Shown: piece after piece, positions 58,673 to 64,000 of the stretch
Layout of the letters: each line of letters begins with the position of its first letter
Numbering within the stretch: the first letter of the stretch is position 1
Origin: Candidatus Thorarchaeota archaeon
GTDB lineage: Archaea > Asgardarchaeota > Thorarchaeia > Thorarchaeales > Thorarchaeaceae
Assembly: GCA_003345545.1 (NCBI GenBank)
Contig: PRDH01000039.1
Location: 89,881 to 153,880, forward strand
Direction: 5' to 3'
Length of the DNA stretch: 64,000 bases
The notes under the pieces: generated by a model
What the model was told of the DNA's origin: nothing
Databases searched by the model: none
What the model saw: only the letters and a program-made list of their open reading frames with translations
Made by a program: the position numbers and the translations under genes

Positions 58673-59635
58673 TTGACTATGGATGTGGACGGATTGGATG
58701 AAGTCATTGCTATAGGTTTGACCAAGAGGTTTGATGATCTGACTGCCGTTGACCATATTGACCTGAATGTCCCCGAAGGTTCCATCTACGGACTATTGGG
58801 ACCCAATGGGGCAGGAAAATCGACAACGCTTAGACTGCTCTGCACATTGCTTCGCCCAGATGAAGGAACTGCCTCAGTGGGTGGTTTTGATATCATCGAG
58901 TCGCCGGTAAAGATACGGGAGATAACTGGTGTGCTGCCAGAGGAGGGGAATCACACCCTCTACCAGACACTGTCTTCGTATGAGAACCTAGAGTACTTCG
59001 GTAAGCTCTATGATATTCCGGAAGATGAGATACCTTCAAGGATTGAGGAATTGCTGAGCTTTATGGGTCTCTGGGAACGAAAGGACGATCCCGCTGGAGA
59101 ACTGAGTACGGGAAACCGCCAAAGATTGGCTCTATGCCGCGCACTTCTACATCGTCCTAAAGTGTTGCTACTGGACGAGCCCACTTCAGCGCTTGATCCA
59201 ATAGCAGCCAAAAGAGTCAGAGAACTCATTCTTAGTCTCGCCGAGAAATATAAGCAGACGTTCTTTATCAATTCGCATAATCTTGCTGAAGTACAGAGAA
59301 TCTGTGACAGCATCGCAATAATAGATGAGGGCAAAATCCTACTCAGCGGTAATACCAAAGAACTTCGTTCTAGGCTGCAGGCAAGCCAGAGCTATAGAAT
59401 TCGTGTTGCCAACGATTTGGAGGGAGCGCTCTTGGTTGCCAAGTCCATGGACTTTGTCAAATCGGTTGACAAAGAGGTTGATTCCATTACGGTCACTATC
59501 GAGGACCCCGATAGCAATAATTCCTTTCTGATGCAATCCCTCTTGTCAAAGGGTATCAAGATAATAGAATTCGCTGAAGAAGAGGCGACTCTGGAGGACC
59601 TCTACCTTGACGTAATCAAGGGAGGTGCTGAGTGA
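58673..59635 (+). CDS. ABC transporter ATP-binding protein
   Basis: GPNGAGKST, LSTGNRQR, LLLDEPT and SH. Confidence 0.95.
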   Translation: MTMDVDGLDEVIAIGLTKRFDDLTAVDHIDLNVPEGSIYGLLGPNGAGKSTTLRLLCTLLRPDEGTASVGGFDIIESPVKIREITGVLPEEGNHTLYQTLSSYENLEYFGKLYDIPEDEIPSRIEELLSFMGLWERKDDPAGELSTGNRQRLALCRALLHRPKVLLLDEPTSALDPIAAKRVRELILSLAEKYKQTFFINSHNLAEVQRICDSIAIIDEGKILLSGNTKELRSRLQASQSYRIRVANDLEGALLVAKSMDFVKSVDKEVDSITVTIEDPDSNNSFLMQSLLSKGIKIIEFAEEEATLEDLYLDVIKGGAE

Positions 59636-60390
59636 TGGCACTACACAAATCGATGCTTGTCGCAAGGGCTGACCTCAAAATGGCTATGAAAGTCAGCTAT
59701 GTGAAATACGGATTAATCGCGATTGTTTCGCTTGGTCCTATCATGCTGGTTGGATTGGTATTCTTAATAGCCCTACTTGATCCTGCCACTGCCGCAGCTA
59801 CTCTCACAATGATGGACCCGCTGCTCTCGCCCATGCTGGGAATTCTCGCTATAATCCCTGCATCACTCATCTCTGCAAATGCACTTGTTGGTGAGCGAGA
59901 GCAGAGCACTCTTGAGCCTCTTCTCTGCACTCCCCTGACAGACCGCGAGCTCTTGATAGGGAAAGCACTCAGCTCTCTGATTCCAGCCATAACACTATTG
60001 CTGGGGTCGATTCTCATTACTGAGATCAGTACTATCATGATTCTTCTTTACGTGGGAGCCGAAGTCGTTTTGTTTCCAGGTGTCGCATCCCTGTTTCTTC
60101 TTCTCACAGCAGGTCCTACGCTCATTCTGGCAATCGTATCAGTGATGATTCTAATCAGTGGGCGAGTCAAGCGCGTTTATGAAGCCTACCAGACATCGGG
60201 AGCGACAGTCTTCATCTTCGTGATTCCCATGATGCTCCCAATGGTGTCCATGGATGCTTCAGGAAACGTGGATATGAACTTGGTCTGGTTGTCGAATATC
60301 GTCACATTCTTGGTCTGCTTATTGCTTGCACTCATTACATGGGCACTGGCAATTGGGAGGTTCAACAGAGACAAAATGGTGTCGATGTAG
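59632..60390 (+). CDS. ABC-2 type permease
   Basis: GEREQSTLEPLLCTP...LLIGK; GTGA overlap with the ATPase gene. Confidence 0.9.
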   Translation: MMALHKSMLVARADLKMAMKVSYVKYGLIAIVSLGPIMLVGLVFLIALLDPATAAATLTMMDPLLSPMLGILAIIPASLISANALVGEREQSTLEPLLCTPLTDRELLIGKALSSLIPAITLLLGSILITEISTIMILLYVGAEVVLFPGVASLFLLLTAGPTLILAIVSVMILISGRVKRVYEAYQTSGATVFIFVIPMMLPMVSMDASGNVDMNLVWLSNIVTFLVCLLLALITWALAIGRFNRDKMVSM

Positions 60391-60395
60391 TTTAG

Positions 60396-60424
60396 GAGGG
60401 CTTCTGGCCCTCTTTCTTTCTTCT
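60396..60424 (+). terminator. Hairpin + pyrimidine-tract terminator between convergent genes
   Basis: GAGGGC-ttctg-GCCCTC then TTTCTTTCTTCT. Confidence 0.55.
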
Positions 60425-60435
60425 ATGGCGGCACT

Positions 60436-60963
60436 TCAGTCTCTCAGTTTTTTCAGACCCTTCGGATATCGTCTTGCAAGATCCTTATAGATGGTCTTGA
60501 ATCTTGTGAGTTCCTCTTTGTGATGGTCCTGAACATCACCAATGATTTTCGCCGGTATTCCGACTGCGATTTTGCCATCAGGAACTTCGAATCTCGCTTT
60601 CACGACAGCTCCTTCTCCAACGATTGCCCATTCTCCGATAACAGCATAGTCGGATACGACTGCTGCCATGCCGACAACCGCCTCATCATGAACAGTTGCA
60701 TTGTGAATAATACAGCCATGACCCAATGTCACATTATCACCAATGACTGTGAGTTCTCCTGGTCTTGCATGGATGATCACATTGTCTTGGACGCTTGTGC
60801 CATTCCCAATTCGTATCTCTCCATAATCGCCCTTGACCACAGCTCCGGGTGCGACATAGCATTCCTCTCCAATTGTCACCTTGCCAATCACGGAAGCATC
60901 GTGGCTCACATACGTGCTCTTCCCGATTTGAGGGATTCTGTTCTCAAACTCGTAAACAACCAT
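60436..60963 (-). CDS. Gamma-carbonic-anhydrase family hexapeptide-repeat protein
   Basis: GD...IG..TSVQDNVIIH, LGHGCIIH and GIPAK. Confidence 0.92.
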   Translation of the reverse strand: MVVYEFENRIPQIGKSTYVSHDASVIGKVTIGEECYVAPGAVVKGDYGEIRIGNGTSVQDNVIIHARPGELTVIGDNVTLGHGCIIHNATVHDEAVVGMAAVVSDYAVIGEWAIVGEGAVVKARFEVPDGKIAVGIPAKIIGDVQDHHKEELTRFKTIYKDLARRYPKGLKKLRD

Positions 60964-61108
60964 TGGAACTCCTCAGTTTTCTGATTCTTTTTACGTTTAT
61001 TAGCTTGCAGGTAGCAGAAATGAAGAATATGTCTAGGCCCGAAACGTTAAAGTCCTGAAGAGACTCTCTGATACCCTAGCCACTCTATCAAGCAGAGGGA
61101 GTACAGTA

Positions 61109-61495
61109 TTGCCAAGGAAGAAAGATATGCCTCATTTTCCCATTCTGCGAGGTGAATCTGTTAGTGAGAGCGGCGAATTTTCGGGGACCGCCGCAGTCGT
61201 GTGTAGTCCTGAAGAACTAGAACAGGAATGGGATGAAGATGCTATTGTCGTGCTTGAAGATGACCTAGAGACCTTCTTCAATGAGAATCCAGAGGTGTTA
61301 GCAGATCTATTCAGCCAAGTGCGAGTTGTCATCGCTGAATTTGGTGAATCGATTGGTCAATTTGCCACAACTGCTACCGAACACTCGGCTATGGGCATTG
61401 TCGGTGTAAAAGATGCGACACATGTTCTTGAAAACGGGATGCATATTCGTGTCATGGCAAAAGAGAATCAGGCTGACATATTCTTCATTGATTAG
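61109..61495 (+). CDS. Stand-alone PEP-utilizing mobile (swivel) domain protein, phospho-His apparently absent
   Basis: GESVSESGEFSGTAAVV...VIAEFGESIGQFATTATEH...GIVGVKDATHVLENGMHIRV. Confidence 0.7.
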   Translation: MPRKKDMPHFPILRGESVSESGEFSGTAAVVCSPEELEQEWDEDAIVVLEDDLETFFNENPEVLADLFSQVRVVIAEFGESIGQFATTATEHSAMGIVGVKDATHVLENGMHIRVMAKENQADIFFID

Positions 61496-61550
61496 TTGAA
61501 GTGATTCATCTAGCTCATCGTCGAAATCATCAAGGCTTTATGTTACTCCT

Positions 61551-62618
61551 GTGCCACCACAATATGAGGTTTCGCCAATGGGAGATCTGGAGGAGGCTCT
61601 GAAACGCCGCTACTACTTGGTGGACATACGGAGCGTCCAATATCGGCACATCCTAATGATTGCGGTTTCATTGCTGATTTTCACCTCATATGCCATCTTC
61701 CTCTGGCTCCTCTGCTCCCTTTCCTCTTCTGTATCAAGTGCTCTTCTTCTTGTTGTCACGCAAATATGCCTAGGTATCGCTGTGACACGTGCATACTATG
61801 ATTTTGGATTGACGACTAGAAGGAAACTGCAATTCTACAACCCTAGTTTGCATGACGTGAAGGGGGACATCTATGACCTCAGGATGCACATTGGCGACAT
61901 TCCGCTTCTGTTCGAAGTCATGGACACTCAGGTCAAGAAATACGATAGAAGCAAGTCTGACGACCTGATGGATATCTCTTGGTTTCTAGTCATCATATGG
62001 GCAATCATTTCAGCAGGAGCTCGTTATGCCAATTTCCTTGGTCAAACACTGTGGATATTCGGAGTCTTCGTCTTACTGGCTGCTTGTCTTGTGGCCTACG
62101 AGAGTGGATATTGGACGAAAGGTGGGTCCTCCTTTGAAGAGAGTCTTGATCATCTGGAGTACTATGTAGTCACATTATTGAAGAATGTTGATGCAGTGTT
62201 GCCCACTGCAAATTCTGCGCTGATTCTTCAACTAGCGGTCCGAGGACGCAAGACAATGATCATGGATATGGCGGCAGAATTCATAGCGGGAGATGTCAAG
62301 ATTGAATATCACATTGGCCTATCTTCTGCCCATCACGAGCAATTCATCGTGAAGTTAGCTGATGAGGCAACTAATGCAGTCTACGATAAGCTCAGGGCTC
62401 TTGAAGCAGTCATAGAAACAGGGTGGGCCGTTGAATGTGTATCACCTCCGTCAGAAGATGCTGTCAGGATTCTGAATCCTGTGGCAGGACTGAACATTGC
62501 TGACAGGAGTTCGTTTGTGACAAGCCCCTCTACTATTGAAACGAATTCAAGAGCGCCGCAGGCCATTCTGTCTTCTATCATATCTGCTATTGATGGCTTT
62601 TCTGAAGTAGAACAATAA
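61551..62618 (+). CDS. Hypothetical membrane protein (2+2 TM)
   Basis: Four hydrophobic spans and a C-terminal soluble domain. Confidence 0.7.
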   Translation: MPPQYEVSPMGDLEEALKRRYYLVDIRSVQYRHILMIAVSLLIFTSYAIFLWLLCSLSSSVSSALLLVVTQICLGIAVTRAYYDFGLTTRRKLQFYNPSLHDVKGDIYDLRMHIGDIPLLFEVMDTQVKKYDRSKSDDLMDISWFLVIIWAIISAGARYANFLGQTLWIFGVFVLLAACLVAYESGYWTKGGSSFEESLDHLEYYVVTLLKNVDAVLPTANSALILQLAVRGRKTMIMDMAAEFIAGDVKIEYHIGLSSAHHEQFIVKLADEATNAVYDKLRALEAVIETGWAVECVSPPSEDAVRILNPVAGLNIADRSSFVTSPSTIETNSRAPQAILSSIISAIDGFSEVEQ

Positions 62619-62702
62619 TCTATTGCGATATTCCAATAGATATTGATAAGAGTGTTTGAAACTGATTGAGTCTGAAACGACACGAATTGGAGTTCTTATG
62701 CG

Positions 62703-64000
62703 ATGAAGGTCAAGCTTAGAGTAGAGAGTCAATGGCTTGAGCTTGAAAGCAAGATTATGGAAAAAATGAAACAAAACTATGAACAGTGGGAACGCGAAAC
62801 GTTAAGGAAGGCTAAGGATGCTTCTGACCTTAGAGACCTTCGAAGAGTGTTCTACGAACTTGGTGACCGTTGGGAGTTTGACCAGACCACAGGAGCCTGG
62901 TTGGAAGGTTCCAAGCCTCTAGATACAGTAGGCCTTATTCTGCGCATGCCAGGTCTCAGGCCCAACAGGGAACGTTATGTTCTTTATGCTGTCATGGCGT
63001 ATTCAAAAGGTCTGACTGGCCGGTTTGACCATCTTGGCGATAAGGAAAGAATCATCTTTGAACGAGATACCGAAACTGGACGTATTCAATGCTGGTCAAC
63101 AACAGGCCACGGCGAATTGGACGTCTTCCCAACAGATTTGACACGCTACCGGTCTCTCAGAAGTGTCTTGACCTCCTGCATGCTCGTCGCGCAACCAGGA
63201 GACCATGCGCTCAGGCTCGAGGCGCCCACCTCCGCAGGGTTCTTCAACATGATCTCCCAGCGTCTTTGGGGAATTGCAGGCGGTTCACAATCCTATCGCA
63301 CAGATGAAATTGACGTCTTCACCGCTGAAGATATCGAAAACGCGTTTGACTTCAAGTTTCACAGGTATGCCAATTCAATCATAGAGCTTGACGGAATGTG
63401 GCGTCATCTATCTGGTGGCGCCGCTGAATGGGCAAAAGAGCACGTTCTAGATAGGACTCCGAACCATGCTGAAGAGCGTGACAGAAAGACTCTGCGAAGA
63501 ACTGAGGGCCTTGTCCACGTTCTTTGGTTTAGACCGGCATTCTCACAGCTGCGGGCTGTTGAAATGTTCTATAATGAACTTGAATCAGAACCGAGCCCGA
63601 CAGAAGCTCAGAGGGCACTGATTCCATTTGTGGGCGAAGTTGCCTCCTCACTTTCTGATATAGCAGAGAAGTCGAAGTATCTTAAGTGGAGAAGTGTCAT
63701 TGATAACAAGAGCTTTCGCAAGAGTGAAGCCTTCAGAGATGTCAATCTATCTTCTTTGGTACAAGAAGCCTTTGCAGCAGCATTGGATGATATACTTCGG
63801 GAACATTCTCTTGCCTATATTGGATATCCTGAGAAATCAAGGATTACGAGCAAGTTCATGAGGGTTGTTTTCAGTTCAGTTGTTCTTCCTACCCGTCTTC
63901 TTTCATCGTTCAGAGCATCGGCCCGAAGAAGGCTCAAGGAAATCACTCTCAGACTGAAAGAGAGAGGGAAATCCAGGAATCCCAAAGAATCTGTTGCGAA
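62703..64000 (+). CDS. Hypothetical protein, partial (runs off window end), with a possible Vps62/NPP1-like motif set
   Basis: Not in ORF track. Frame from ATG 62703 (MKVKLRVESQWLELE...) has no stop up to 64000 and contains FDHLGDKERIIF, WSTTGHG and VAQPGDHAL. Confidence 0.75.
   Translation, partial: MKVKLRVESQWLELESKIMEKMKQNYEQWERETLRKAKDASDLRDLRRVFYELGDRWEFDQTTGAWLEGSKPLDTVGLILRMPGLRPNRERYVLYAVMAYSKGLTGRFDHLGDKERIIFERDTETGRIQCWSTTGHGELDVFPTDLTRYRSLRSVLTSCMLVAQPGDHALRLEAPTSAGFFNMISQRLWGIAGGSQSYRTDEIDVFTAEDIENAFDFKFHRYANSIIELDGMWRHLSGGAAEWAKEHVLDRTPNHAEERDRKTLRRTEGLVHVLWFRPAFSQLRAVEMFYNELESEPSPTEAQRALIPFVGEVASSLSDIAEKSKYLKWRSVIDNKSFRKSEAFRDVNLSSLVQEAFAAALDDILREHSLAYIGYPEKSRITSKFMRVVFSSVVLPTRLLSSFRASARRRLKEITLRLKERGKSRNPKESVA

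Noticed and set aside
1-64000. Mobile elements, prophage, rRNA or tRNA genes
   Set aside because: No transposase, integrase, capsid or recognisable stable-RNA sequence was seen.

Overview
A gene-dense archaeal chromosomal segment, most likely from an Asgard archaeon (Thorarchaeia-like by inference). This rests on archaeal/eukaryotic-type PheRS, aRF1 and ribosomal protein eS26, two Roadblock/LC7 genes, an SCP2 domain, a TFIIB/cyclin-fold protein, GGTGA/GGAGG ribosome-binding motifs and frequent TTG/GTG starts. I found no rRNA, tRNA, CRISPR array or transposase. The left end carries pheT/pheS/aRF1. About 8-37 kb is a large anaerobic catabolic region: two FAD-oxidoreductase/CCG Fe-S pairs, an aminotransferase-glycyl radical enzyme-KDG kinase-KDPG aldolase operon, an APC permease, two DUF917 genes, a hydantoin racemase, a nucleotidyltransferase/metallophosphoesterase pair, an LLM oxidoreductase and a tungsten AOR. 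The right part mixes housekeeping genes with eukaryote-like proteins. The most interesting observations are (1) an unannotated, highly base-paired ~236-nt RNA candidate at 7754-7989 with a possible TATA box, (2) a Cas4-like Fe-S nuclease split into two adjacent genes, each half with a transmembrane anchor at the split point, (3) a diol-dehydratase-like glycyl radical enzyme placed where the dehydratase of an Entner-Doudoroff-type route would be, and (4) a Site-1-protease-like subtilase beside a CPBP intramembrane protease and a cyclin-fold protein. All family assignments come from motif recognition by eye; no searches were run.
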